Shown one piece after another: positions 16,083 through 25,560 of a DNA stretch of 38,300 bases; positions within the stretch are counted from its first letter, which is position 1; each line of letters starts with the position of its first letter. The DNA comes from an uncultured Candidatus Bathyarchaeia archaeon (GTDB lineage: Archaea; Thermoproteota; Bathyarchaeia; Bathyarchaeales; CAZOCN01), in contig CAZOCN010000001.1 in the NCBI GenBank assembly GCA_964578315.1, positions 1 through 38,300 on the forward strand, written 5' to 3'. The translations under genes were made by a program, and so were the position numbers. The notes below the pieces were generated by a model. The model was given only the letters and a program-made list of their open reading frames with translations, was not told where the DNA came from and did not search any database.

Positions 16083-18818
16083 ATGTATGAGCGGCCTAGA
16101 CCGTCCCTTTGGAGATTCCTCTGGATTCTTATCCTAATCATTGCACTTGCAGTCCTCTTCACTTCTTTATCGATATACATAAACTGGACGGTCACCGCTT
16201 CTATGTACGAAGATAAAGCCGGGATAGACTGGTTCGGAACAGTCTTTTATTACAATTGGACTTTCATCCTCGCCGCTATACTCGCCCTTCTCGTTATCAA
16301 CCCCTTACCGGGGAGAAGCGATCTCTATGGCATTATAGAGGCCTTCACAGAGTTCAGAGCACGGTATGTAGAGGAGGAAGGAATCCGGCCAGTTTTCTCT
16401 TTTAGGAAAAGAAGGCTAATTTGGGGGTTTTGGCAGTTCTTCAAATGGACTATAGCTTACGCGGTTATAGTCTCAACAAATGGAATCCCTACTGTAGGTC
16501 CTTTCACGCAGACATTCTACATGGCGTTGAAGGGAATTGGCGATTGGGGTCTACTCCCTAGAATTTTCTTGACGCCGTTACTCCCTCCATCCAGTGAGGA
16601 ACTGGTGAAGTTGATGCCCTCTATGGAAATTCAGTATTGGATAGTTTATTCTCTAGTACGCGTCGTCCTCACGATAATAGTAGTTAGATTTCTGCTTAAG
16701 CTGATAAAGTCATTCCTGTATGAAGAGAAGGGACTATGGATCAGAAACATCTTTGTCATGCTCACAGCCATAATGCTGACGGTAATATTTGGAGCCCCCT
16801 ACTGGAGAATGGACGTAACAACCCCTTACGTCTATAACATCTGCATCGCACTTTTCATAGCCTTCTTCATAATCTCGCTCAGCGCACATCTAGGGCACAT
16901 AGGAGTTAACTTATCTTTCGCAAAAAGGAAGAGACTACTATTCGCATCGGTCTCCCTCTTACTGATAGTCTTGATGATAAACACAGCCTTCATAGTGGGC
17001 TTCTGGGTAAACTGGAATAACAACTACATCCAATATGAGTGGGAGCCATTCTTAAGTAAACAGATTTATGTCACAAGATGGGCGGCAGGGATAAAGGATG
17101 TAAAGGAGGTTCCCATATCTGAGCTTCCAACTGGTAACGTAACTAAGATCGTCAATAAAGTTAGACAGTGGGATCAAACCGCTGCGTACACGAAGATGAA
17201 GAATCAGATAGGTGTGAACTGGATGACCCTCGCCGACTCTGATATTATCTATTTAAAGGGGAGGGAGTTCTGGGTTGCTCCCACAACCATCTCTTATCCA
17301 CGCACAGACTGGATAAGCACTCACCTAATCTATACACACGCTTCTAAGATCATAATCGTAGATAGCCATACTGGAGAGTTCGTAGGTATAAAAGAGGCTT
17401 TCGGGCTCCCAAAGGAGCCACTCATATACTACGGAGAAGGCTTCAGAAACAACGTCTACGTTAATGTAAAGGGCTTTGATGAGATAGGGAACGTCACGTA
17501 CCCCGACAAGCCGGATTACGTACTTTCAGGATGGCAAAGAATGTTATGGTTTTTGATGGATGGACAGTTAGGCTTCGCCTTCACTCCTCCTCAAGAGGAT
17601 ATAAACATGCTCTACAATAGGGATGTCATCAATAGAGTAAAAACGGTGCTCATAAGTGGTCTCAAACCAGACTCGGATACCTACATAGTAACCGATGGGA
17701 AAAGGGTTTACTACGCTGTCCAAGTTCTGATAGATTATCCCATGCATTCCGGTTTCGCCGCGAGTAATTACCTCCGCTATTTTGCAGTAGTTCTCGTAGA
17801 TATCGAGAACGGATCTATGCAGGGTTACGCTATCTCTGAACCCGACAACTTCCTTTCCTCCTTCTATAGAGAGTACTACCCAAGCTGGAATAACCCTCCA
17901 CCAGACTGGCTTATCCCTCAACTGAGATATCCGGAGGCCTTGCTGGGCAAAAGACAGGAGCCGGGGCAACTAGATGTAGATTTCAAGTATCATGTAAATG
18001 ACCCCTTCATCTGGAGGTCGGGCTCAGACTTTTATGAGAGGCCTGAATCCACTGAAGTTCACTACATTCTAATGACCGAAGATGACATAACGCGCTTCAT
18101 AGGTCTACAACTTGTGGAGTTTGAGGTCTCTCCGGGAAAGAATTTAGCTGGGATGTACATCGCTTATAGCGGAGAAAAACTTGGAGAGCTATATCTTTAC
18201 CACGTGGTGAACTCCACTTCGCAATACATAGGACCTAGAGCCGCTCTGCAAGCCCTTGAAACAGACGACGCTGTCAGAGAGCAGTTGACCTTCATAAAGA
18301 ATTACAGACACGGGAACATCCTTCTTTACTCAATAGGGGGGGAACTGTACTATTTCATACCGATCTACGTGATAACCGAGCAGGCTGGCGGAGTTATCAC
18401 TAAACTTGCCTTTATCGTCACCATAGATGCCGCCACTGGAACAAAAGTAGCTATGGGAGAAAACTCAGCCTCAGCTTACTACACCCTTGTCGGCGGGACA
18501 CCTGTAGTGCAACCCGGCGTAAAAGACAGGTTAAATAAAACCATGAACCTCTTCTTGCATTCTGGCTTAAAACTTATTAAACCATCCAAAATCAGCGGCA
18601 ACGTGGAGATATTGGTAGCCAACCTCACCTACACCAAGGAGGCTCAATGGGATGAGACGAAATCCGTGTTAACCTCTTTCATTGAAGATTACGTGAAAGC
18701 GGAGGGGAAAAGGGAGGTTTACTATTGGATTTCAGAAGGGAACAAAATAAACTTCGGCATTTTACTCTCGGAGGAAAATATAGTAAAACTTTACTATATC
18801 TCAGTAAGATACCTCTAA
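16083..18818 (+). CDS. UPF0182 (COG1615) family large membrane protein
   Basis: It has seven N-terminal hydrophobic helices followed by a soluble domain of about 600 aa. The C-terminal blocks LRYPEALL, YHVNDPFIW, NLAGMYIA, IGPRAALQALETDDAVREQLT and GNILLYSIGGELYYFIPIYV match my recollection of UPF0182 consensus blocks. Confidence 0.75.
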   Translation: MYERPRPSLWRFLWILILIIALAVLFTSLSIYINWTVTASMYEDKAGIDWFGTVFYYNWTFILAAILALLVINPLPGRSDLYGIIEAFTEFRARYVEEEGIRPVFSFRKRRLIWGFWQFFKWTIAYAVIVSTNGIPTVGPFTQTFYMALKGIGDWGLLPRIFLTPLLPPSSEELVKLMPSMEIQYWIVYSLVRVVLTIIVVRFLLKLIKSFLYEEKGLWIRNIFVMLTAIMLTVIFGAPYWRMDVTTPYVYNICIALFIAFFIISLSAHLGHIGVNLSFAKRKRLLFASVSLLLIVLMINTAFIVGFWVNWNNNYIQYEWEPFLSKQIYVTRWAAGIKDVKEVPISELPTGNVTKIVNKVRQWDQTAAYTKMKNQIGVNWMTLADSDIIYLKGREFWVAPTTISYPRTDWISTHLIYTHASKIIIVDSHTGEFVGIKEAFGLPKEPLIYYGEGFRNNVYVNVKGFDEIGNVTYPDKPDYVLSGWQRMLWFLMDGQLGFAFTPPQEDINMLYNRDVINRVKTVLISGLKPDSDTYIVTDGKRVYYAVQVLIDYPMHSGFAASNYLRYFAVVLVDIENGSMQGYAISEPDNFLSSFYREYYPSWNNPPPDWLIPQLRYPEALLGKRQEPGQLDVDFKYHVNDPFIWRSGSDFYERPESTEVHYILMTEDDITRFIGLQLVEFEVSPGKNLAGMYIAYSGEKLGELYLYHVVNSTSQYIGPRAALQALETDDAVREQLTFIKNYRHGNILLYSIGGELYYFIPIYVITEQAGGVITKLAFIVTIDAATGTKVAMGENSASAYYTLVGGTPVVQPGVKDRLNKTMNLFLHSGLKLIKPSKISGNVEILVANLTYTKEAQWDETKSVLTSFIEDYVKAEGKREVYYWISEGNKINFGILLSEENIVKLYYISVRYL

Positions 18819-18822
18819 TGCA

Positions 18823-19125
18823 ATGAGTAAAAGTAAAATGATGGAGGAAGAGTTCTCACTCTGGCTGAAAACAAAGTTCACAGATTACTTCTGGATAAGA
18901 GGGCATAAGTTTGGTAAAGCAGAAGGGAGCAAAGTGAAGATAGACAACGGTCTCTTCACTCAAGAGGAGGCGGCGGAAATTTTTTCCATGTTAACTTCGA
19001 AGAACCCAATTAATAGATGGAATGCTATGCTTCTAATTTGGGAGAGAAACGGCACTCTCCTTAAAGTTCTAGTGGTGGGCTCCTTCATTCTCCTTCTATT
19101 TATCTTTTTGATAACACGCAGATGA
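18823..19125 (+). CDS. Small tail-anchored membrane protein, unknown function
   Basis: It is 100 aa, with a soluble N-part and a single C-terminal helix (LLKVLVVGSFILLLFIFLI). It starts 4 nt after the UPF0182 stop, and its stop overlaps the next start (ATGA). I recognise no family. Confidence 0.55.
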   Translation: MSKSKMMEEEFSLWLKTKFTDYFWIRGHKFGKAEGSKVKIDNGLFTQEEAAEIFSMLTSKNPINRWNAMLLIWERNGTLLKVLVVGSFILLLFIFLITRR

Positions 19126-20138
19126 AGCCTCCTTCAAACGCCACGTTACTTCAGAAAGATATAACTGCGAGTTTTAGTAAAGAGAGCTTGGGGGTTTCTT
19201 ATTTGATCTACGAAGATGCAAAGAAGAAACTCAGAGGGTTAGCTGTCATAGTGCTGACTCCTTGGACTAGAGACTATGAAGTAGATTTTGAAGGGCTGAG
19301 AGAGAACATTGGATTCATTATTGACGAAGGAGTGAGAGAAGGGAAAGGGACGCTTTTTGTTGCCTGCGGGTGCGGAGAGGGACCTTTTATGGCCGCTGAA
19401 GAGATAAAGGCAGTTGTAGAGACATCTATAGACGCAGCAGATGGAAAAGTACCCGTCTTCTTCGGAACCTTCATGAGGGATATTAAAACCATTAAAGAAC
19501 TTTTGAAGTTCGGCGAAGAAGTGGGAGCCTACGGTGTTCAGATCGCTCCTCCATATTACACCACTCCCACGCTGGACGAGATCTTCGACTTTTACAAGGA
19601 ATTAGATGCTTCCACAGAACTAGGGATAGTAGTCTACAATAACTATTACAGTACCGGGAGGGATATGCCCGCGAGTTTTGTCGAGAGACTCTCGAAACTT
19701 GAGAAGGTAATCGGGTTCAAATGGGCCTCAACAAACGCAGCGAATGAAATCTACACCATAGCCAGATTCAAAGATAGATTCAGCTTCCTAAGCAACAACC
19801 TTGGAAGCTTCATATGGGGAGCTATGGCGGGAATGAAGGGAATAGTCTCGGTAATGGCAAACTTCGCACCACAATACGAATTAAAGCTCTGGGAGTTACT
19901 GGAGAAAGGAGAGTACAGAAAGGCTCATGAACACATGATGAAGCTCTCGATTCCCTTCTACAGATTCTCATACTACGAAGAGACCCGGGGCGTTGGGATA
20001 GCCAGTCACTGGAAGGCAGCTATGGAGATCTGTGGGAAACCTGCCGGAGGGGTGAGGCCTCCGCAACGTCCCTTAACAGAGGCTCAAAAGGAGAAACTAA
20101 GAGAGATACTCGTCAACGGAGGCGTCATAAAGAGATAA
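19122..20138 (+). CDS. DapA/DHDPS-family class I aldolase, divergent member
   Basis: The family layout is present: LTPWTRD...VDFEGL, APPYYT, VVYNNYYSTG and the Schiff-base Lys context VIGFKWAS. GCGEG replaces the usual GTTGE block. The substrate is not assignable. Confidence 0.65.
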   Translation: MKPPSNATLLQKDITASFSKESLGVSYLIYEDAKKKLRGLAVIVLTPWTRDYEVDFEGLRENIGFIIDEGVREGKGTLFVACGCGEGPFMAAEEIKAVVETSIDAADGKVPVFFGTFMRDIKTIKELLKFGEEVGAYGVQIAPPYYTTPTLDEIFDFYKELDASTELGIVVYNNYYSTGRDMPASFVERLSKLEKVIGFKWASTNAANEIYTIARFKDRFSFLSNNLGSFIWGAMAGMKGIVSVMANFAPQYELKLWELLEKGEYRKAHEHMMKLSIPFYRFSYYEETRGVGIASHWKAAMEICGKPAGGVRPPQRPLTEAQKEKLREILVNGGVIKR

Positions 20139-20156
20139 GGGCTCCTCTAGAACCCA

Positions 20157-20570
20157 TCATCTCCCCAAATTTTTCTGAGACTCCTCGGTTTTAAGGAGAA
20201 GAACGGATAGAGAGGAGACTAGATTTATGCATAGGAAGGGAATGAAGGCGTATAGGATTATCTGTGGAATGTAGCTCAGCCACTGTCCATGGATTATGTA
20301 GAGGGGGAGACTGATGAAGTAGAAGCGTAGGATGAAGATTGGCGGATAGATCGTTAGAGGTGATCGGGTTAGAGTGAAGTAGAAGGGGAAGGATAAGGGC
20401 AGAGCATACCACTCGGGCAGTAAATAAGAAGCGAACACTGGGAGAACTGGTATGGAGGAGACACCGGATATTAAGAGAGAAACTATTATGGAAACCAGCA
20501 ACTTATAGGAAGCCTTACTGACGTTCAGTTTTCTATTGATTACGTAGACGATAAGAGGCGTCAGTATCAT
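20157..20570 (-). CDS. Small 4-helix membrane protein, unknown function
   Basis: It is a 137 aa strongly hydrophobic ORF with SD GGGAGGAAGG before the ATG. It lies 71 nt downstream of the MoxR-VWA gene on the same strand. Confidence 0.5.
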   Translation of the reverse strand: MILTPLIVYVINRKLNVSKASYKLLVSIIVSLLISGVSSIPVLPVFASYLLPEWYALPLSFPFYFTLTRSPLTIYPPIFILRFYFISLPLYIIHGQWLSYIPQIILYAFIPFLCINLVSSLSVLLLKTEESQKNLGR

Positions 20571-20641
20571 ACAATCCTTCCTCCCTTTGAGAATTCCTTA
20601 GAAGAGAAATAAAATACTATAGATTAGAACAGTGCCTTTCT

Positions 20642-22513
20642 CTAATTGAGTGTACGCATTAAGGCTCTCGGCAATTCGTTGAAGTCTTTAACATAAGAGT
20701 ATTTGCCTCTGCTGGCTTTAGCTAAGCGTTTACAGGTGGTGAAGCTACCGCCTCCAATACCCATGGGAACTTGAACTACATGTAATCTGGGGTACTTCCC
20801 AGCTGTATTAATTGGGTCCGCTCCTTTCGTAACCCAACCATCTGTCACAAGTATGCCTACACGTTCATGAGCGTTGACCTTCCTCAACTCTTCGAGGCCT
20901 ACTCTGAGAGCTTCTTCTATATTTGTAGCTCCTTTAGGTTGGATATCCAGCATCTTCCCTATCAACGCCTCTATAGAAGACTCTTCCGTGGCAGTTTTCA
21001 AAATTTTAGGGTGGTCGTTGAAGGTGATAACGCAGTAATGATCATCACGGAGTTTGTGAGCTAACACGCCTACCGCTAGAGTTGCGATGACTATCTTCTC
21101 TAGTTGCATAGAGTTGCTCACATCTAACATGAGAGAGACTGCGCTCTTCTTTCTCTGACGTTCAATAGAGATCAAATCCGCCGAGTCTGGAAGGCTCTTT
21201 CCGAGCATGTTCTCTAAAGTTTGGTCAATATCAAATTCCTCTAATCCAGGTTTGAAGGGAACGCTCACTTGCCTTGTGGCGCTTAAACCTCTACCAGATA
21301 TCTGAGCTGCAAGGCGCATTATCATGCGAGTCAATATCCGTTTAGCTGTTCTTCTACGCTTCGGGTCCAAACCAGACCTGAGGAGGAATAGAAGCTGAGC
21401 GGCCATCCAGCTGGACGGAGACCGCTCTGCCATCATCAACATCTTCTCGAAGAGACCCTCCTCAGAGAGAAGGTCGCTAATCGATTTCGGATTTGAGCGG
21501 AGTTGCCCCATTAAAGTGGAGACGTCTCCTCGCTCTATAGATGTTTTGAGCCTTCTAATGGTCTCCGACTCTTCTTTTTCAACGGATGAGCCAGAGAATA
21601 GAGAGGCGACTCTCCTCTCTCCATTTTTATTCTTGTAATTCTCCAAGACGGAGGCGACTATTCCTCGCACTATCTCTTCCATGTTCTTCGCCGTTTGATC
21701 TTGAAGCTCTATCTTTGTTGCTAAGGCGGCCGTGGCTACTTTAGTCCAGAGGTCTAGGTCTGGCTTGAAAGTAGAAGTGAAGTTTCTGATGAGGTCTACC
21801 ATATCTATGGCTCCTCGGACTGATGAGCCTCTGCGAATATCTGGATGCTTCCTTGTTTCCCTCGCGATTCTGACTGCCACAGTTAATGTATCCCTATCTC
21901 TACAATTCGTCTCCTTCTCGACTATCAGTATCTCCTCATTTTCAGGTTGATAATCGAGGCGTATCCATACAAAACGGTCTCGAAGAGCTTCGCTTAGGCG
22001 ACTGGTTCCAACGAATTCCTCTGGATTCTGAGTTGCTATTATGAGGAAACCGGGTTTAGCCTTGATCGTCCCTATCTTTGGAATAATAATCTGTCTTTCA
22101 TCCATGGCTGGAAGGAGGACATTTTGAGTTCCTTCCGGCATCCTGTTAAGTTCATTTATGAATAGGAAGGCTCCTTCAAGCATGGCTTGAGTCAGCGGAC
22201 CCGGAATGAAGGACTCCCAACTGTAACCTTTCTCTATAACTAAGGGAGGATCAAACCATCCCGTGAGTTTATGCTCGGTATACCTCTCGTCGCCATCAAC
22301 CCTGAAGAAGCTCCTATTGAGGTGTCTGGCTATGGACAGAGCGATTATGGTTTTTCCGACTCCAACCACACCCTCAAAGAGGATGTGTTTCCCAGCCTTC
22401 GCCGCCGCCAGAGCCCGAAGAAGCTCTCCGTCCCTCCCGATAATCTTGAAACGTTCCTTTATAACTTTCACATCTTCTTCCATAAACGTCACTCTTTCAA
22501 TTCTCCAATTCAT
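20642..22513 (-). CDS. Fused MoxR-class AAA+ ATPase (AAA_5, CoxD/NorQ/CbbQ-like) and CoxE-like von Willebrand factor A domain
   Basis: The N-terminal part has Walker A (GVVGVGKT), Walker B region (AFLFINELNR), QNVLLPAMDE and IATQNPEE. The C-terminal part has the VWA MIDAS motif LMLDVSNSM and ILVTDG. A helical linker of about 200 aa joins the two. Confidence 0.8.
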   Translation of the reverse strand: MNWRIERVTFMEEDVKVIKERFKIIGRDGELLRALAAAKAGKHILFEGVVGVGKTIIALSIARHLNRSFFRVDGDERYTEHKLTGWFDPPLVIEKGYSWESFIPGPLTQAMLEGAFLFINELNRMPEGTQNVLLPAMDERQIIIPKIGTIKAKPGFLIIATQNPEEFVGTSRLSEALRDRFVWIRLDYQPENEEILIVEKETNCRDRDTLTVAVRIARETRKHPDIRRGSSVRGAIDMVDLIRNFTSTFKPDLDLWTKVATAALATKIELQDQTAKNMEEIVRGIVASVLENYKNKNGERRVASLFSGSSVEKEESETIRRLKTSIERGDVSTLMGQLRSNPKSISDLLSEEGLFEKMLMMAERSPSSWMAAQLLFLLRSGLDPKRRRTAKRILTRMIMRLAAQISGRGLSATRQVSVPFKPGLEEFDIDQTLENMLGKSLPDSADLISIERQRKKSAVSLMLDVSNSMQLEKIVIATLAVGVLAHKLRDDHYCVITFNDHPKILKTATEESSIEALIGKMLDIQPKGATNIEEALRVGLEELRKVNAHERVGILVTDGWVTKGADPINTAGKYPRLHVVQVPMGIGGGSFTTCKRLAKASRGKYSYVKDFNELPRALMRTLN

Positions 22514-22710
22514 TCACATTGAGAATTAATAAGTAGTACGGTTTTAAGAGAAAAACATAGGACGCGCTGTCCTTCTCAGCAAACATCAGCCTATAAGATT
22601 GAATAGGGCTCTTCAGTAAAGCCATGAACGACCAGTCGATCTTCTAAACGAGCAAGGGGCACCCTCTCCTAGAAGTACATAAGCAAGCGGAAGACTTTGG
22701 TTTTATTTGT

Positions 22711-22726
22711 GAAAAAATTTAAATAG
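22711..22726 (+). promoter_or_regulatory. Archaeal BRE/TATA candidate for the tupABC-modE operon
   Basis: GAAAAAA followed by TTTAAATA lies about 67 nt upstream of the tupA ATG. AAGGAG precedes the ATG. Confidence 0.5.
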
Positions 22727-22791
22727 TAACTTCAGCTCATTCACGGAGTAAACCGAAATGCATATTCATACATATCGAAGGAGCGTTTAGG

Positions 22792-23784
22792 ATGCGGAAA
22801 AAGGCTTTCCTGTGGATTCTTATAGCTGTATTAATAGCAGTTCTGCTTGTAGCTGGTGTGAATTACTATGTTACCACTGTAACATCCTCCTTTAAGAGGA
22901 GGCTTGTAATTTCAACGACTACAAGTCTATTCGATACTGGTCTCCTAGACCGTATAGAGGATCGCTTCGAAGCAGAGTATCCCATAGACTTGTATTTCAT
23001 ATCCGTCGGAACTGGACTGGCGATAAAATTCGCTCAGAGGGGAGATGCTGATATGATACTGGTGCATGCGCCTCCGTTAGAAGAGGAGTTTCTGGAAGGG
23101 GGTTATGGGGTTTGTAGAAAGATAATTGCCTATAACTTCTTCTTTATAGTTGGACCGGACTCGGACCCGGCGGGGATTGAGGGCTTATCGCCGGTGGAGG
23201 CATTAACTAGAATTGTGGAGGCGGGAAGGGCGGGAAAAGCTGTCTGGGTTTCTAGAGGGGACAATTCCGGGACGCATTCTAAGGAGAAGGCTTTATGGAG
23301 AACGGCGGGTTTCGAGTGGGAGGAGTTAAAGGAAGAGGAGTGGTATAGGGAGTCTGGTACGGGTATGGGAAAGACGTTGCAGATTACAAATGAGTTCTCG
23401 GCTTACACCCTCACCGATACGGGTACATATCTGAAGTACAAGAAAGAGGAACTGATCGACCTCGTCCCTCTCGTTGAGGAGGGAGAGGAGCTGATAAATG
23501 TTTACAGCGCAATAGCCGTTAATCCTGCTAAGCATTCTGAGGTTAACTTTGAGGACGCTATAACCTTCATAAAATATTTAATTTCTGATCAAGGACAGCA
23601 AGTAATAGCCAATTATGGGAAAGACCAGTACGGCACAGCGTTGTTTAACCCAGTGGTTCAACTACTGAAGAATAGAACAGATCCCAAGTTGGTGGAGTGG
23701 ATTGAGAATTACGCCTTCTTTAATGGTTCTGAGTGCCCACAAGAATACAGAGACGATCACTGGGAGATGTACAATCAAAAGTAA
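22792..23784 (+). CDS. tupA: Tungstate ABC transporter substrate-binding protein
   Basis: It has an N-terminal signal-anchor helix. The TupA signature ISTTTSLFDTGLLD is present, together with VSRGDNSGTHSKE and YTLTDTGTYL. Confidence 0.85.
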   Translation: MRKKAFLWILIAVLIAVLLVAGVNYYVTTVTSSFKRRLVISTTTSLFDTGLLDRIEDRFEAEYPIDLYFISVGTGLAIKFAQRGDADMILVHAPPLEEEFLEGGYGVCRKIIAYNFFFIVGPDSDPAGIEGLSPVEALTRIVEAGRAGKAVWVSRGDNSGTHSKEKALWRTAGFEWEELKEEEWYRESGTGMGKTLQITNEFSAYTLTDTGTYLKYKKEELIDLVPLVEEGEELINVYSAIAVNPAKHSEVNFEDAITFIKYLISDQGQQVIANYGKDQYGTALFNPVVQLLKNRTDPKLVEWIENYAFFNGSECPQEYRDDHWEMYNQK

Positions 23785-23802
23785 GTTGAAGAGGAAGAAT
23801 CG

Positions 23803-24510
23803 ATGAACGAGATAGTTGAGGGCTTGTGGAAGGCTTTGGAGTTAATCTTCACGGGAAACCCAGCGTTGGTGGCGATAACTTTTAGGGCGATTCTGGTTTC
23901 GGGCTCCGCGACGTTAATTTCGGCCCTTTGGAGCATCCCCCTCGGAGTCCTACTTGGACTCAGAAGGTTCAGAGGGAGATTCCTCATTAAAGGCTTCTTT
24001 AACGCTATGTTAGGTATACCAACAGTGACCTTAGGATTGATTCTCTACTTAATCTTTTCAAAGTCTGGTCCCTTAGGTGCACTCCACCTTCTTTATACAC
24101 CCACTGCGATAACAATCGGACAGGCGATACTGATAACGCCGGTTATAGTTAGTTTCACGATTAATTCCATAGAGATGGTGGACCCTGAGATAAGAGAGCT
24201 GACGAGGACTTTGGGAGCTTCTGAATTTCAGAGTTCTATAACTGTACTGAGAGAGTCTTTGAGTGGGACGTTTCTGGCTGTAACTGCAAGTTTCAATAGG
24301 GCGATTGCGGAGTTAGGCGTTGCCTTGATGGTGGGCGGCAACATAAGGGGCGTCACAAGAGTTCTAACTACTACGATAGCCCTAGAAACAGCCCGTGGGG
24401 AGATAGTGCTTAGCATAGCTTTAGCGCTAATCCTTCTATTCATCGTATTCGGGGTCAGCCTAACAGTGAACCTCCTCCAAAGACACTTGGGGTGGAGTGG
24501 AGGGAGATGA
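23803..24510 (+). CDS. tupB: Tungstate ABC transporter permease
   Basis: It is a multi-helix BPD-type permease with an EAA-like loop (ELTRTLGASEFQ). It sits between tupA and tupC. Confidence 0.8.
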   Translation: MNEIVEGLWKALELIFTGNPALVAITFRAILVSGSATLISALWSIPLGVLLGLRRFRGRFLIKGFFNAMLGIPTVTLGLILYLIFSKSGPLGALHLLYTPTAITIGQAILITPVIVSFTINSIEMVDPEIRELTRTLGASEFQSSITVLRESLSGTFLAVTASFNRAIAELGVALMVGGNIRGVTRVLTTTIALETARGEIVLSIALALILLFIVFGVSLTVNLLQRHLGWSGGR

Positions 24511-25556
24511 TAGAACTCCGCAATGTTACTGTAAAATACGGAGACCTAACGGCACTGGAAGATGTAACTCTCTCTGTACATGAGGGGGAATTCTTCACCA
24601 TCGTTGGGCCGAATGGCTCCGGTAAAACCACAATGCTAAGGGTTATGGCGGGGTTAGAGTATCCAACGAGGGGGGAAGTCCGTTTTAGGGGGAAGAAGAT
24701 AGATAAGAGTACTCTCGAGATGCTCAGAGCGAAGAGTACACTAGTGTTCCAGAAGACTGTCATGTTTAACACTTCAGTCTTCAAGAATGTGGCTTATGGT
24801 CTTAAAGCTAGGGGATTCTCAGAGGAGGAGATACGGAGACGAGTGAGAGAGGCGTTGAAGGTTGTTAAGTTAGAAGGGTTTGAAGATAGACACGCTAAAG
24901 CTTTATCCGGGGGAGAGCAACAGAGGGTCTCTCTCGCTAGGGCGATGGTTTTGGGGACTGAGCTTCTACTCCTCGACGAGCCTACTGCTAATCTAGACCC
25001 AAAGAACGCCTCTATAATCGAGGAGGCTATAGCTTATATTAGGGATAAGAAAGGGGTCACAGTTGTCATGTCTACGCATAATATGTTCCAGGCTAGGAGG
25101 CTGGCTGAACGGGTTGCAGTAATCATTGATGGAAAAATCCGGCATATTGGATACGCAGATGAAGTCTTTGGGGAGCCCTCTGATTATTTGGCGAGTTTCG
25201 CGAGGTTAGAGAACCTCTTCTCGGGGAGTGCTAGAAGTTTAGAGGACGGAACCTCCGTCGTCGATATAGGAGGCGTGGAAATAGTAACTGTCTTTCCACA
25301 TAAAGGAAAAGTTACCCTATTCATCCGTCCAGAAGACATAATACTCTCAAGGAAACCCATAATCTCAAGCGCCAGAAACTCTTTCAAGGGGAAGATAACT
25401 GAAATCTCTGATTTGGGGAATCTAGTCAGACTAAGAGTAGAGGCTGGAAGAAAATTCACTGTGCAGATAACTAAACGCTCCTTTATAGATATGAACTTGA
25501 ATTTGGGAGAGGAGGTATTCCTCGCTTTTAAAGCTTCTTCCGTAAGGGTGGTTTAG
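24492..25556 (+). CDS. tupC: Tungstate ABC transporter ATP-binding protein with C-terminal TOBE-like domain
   Basis: It has Walker A (GPNGSGKTT), signature LSGGEQQR, Walker B (LLLLDEP) and a C-terminal KGKITEISDLGNLVRLRV TOBE pattern. ATG 24507 overlaps the tupB stop (ATGA) and is the likelier start. Confidence 0.85.
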   Translation: MEWREMIELRNVTVKYGDLTALEDVTLSVHEGEFFTIVGPNGSGKTTMLRVMAGLEYPTRGEVRFRGKKIDKSTLEMLRAKSTLVFQKTVMFNTSVFKNVAYGLKARGFSEEEIRRRVREALKVVKLEGFEDRHAKALSGGEQQRVSLARAMVLGTELLLLDEPTANLDPKNASIIEEAIAYIRDKKGVTVVMSTHNMFQARRLAERVAVIIDGKIRHIGYADEVFGEPSDYLASFARLENLFSGSARSLEDGTSVVDIGGVEIVTVFPHKGKVTLFIRPEDIILSRKPIISSARNSFKGKITEISDLGNLVRLRVEAGRKFTVQITKRSFIDMNLNLGEEVFLAFKASSVRVV

Positions 25557-25560
25557 AGAA

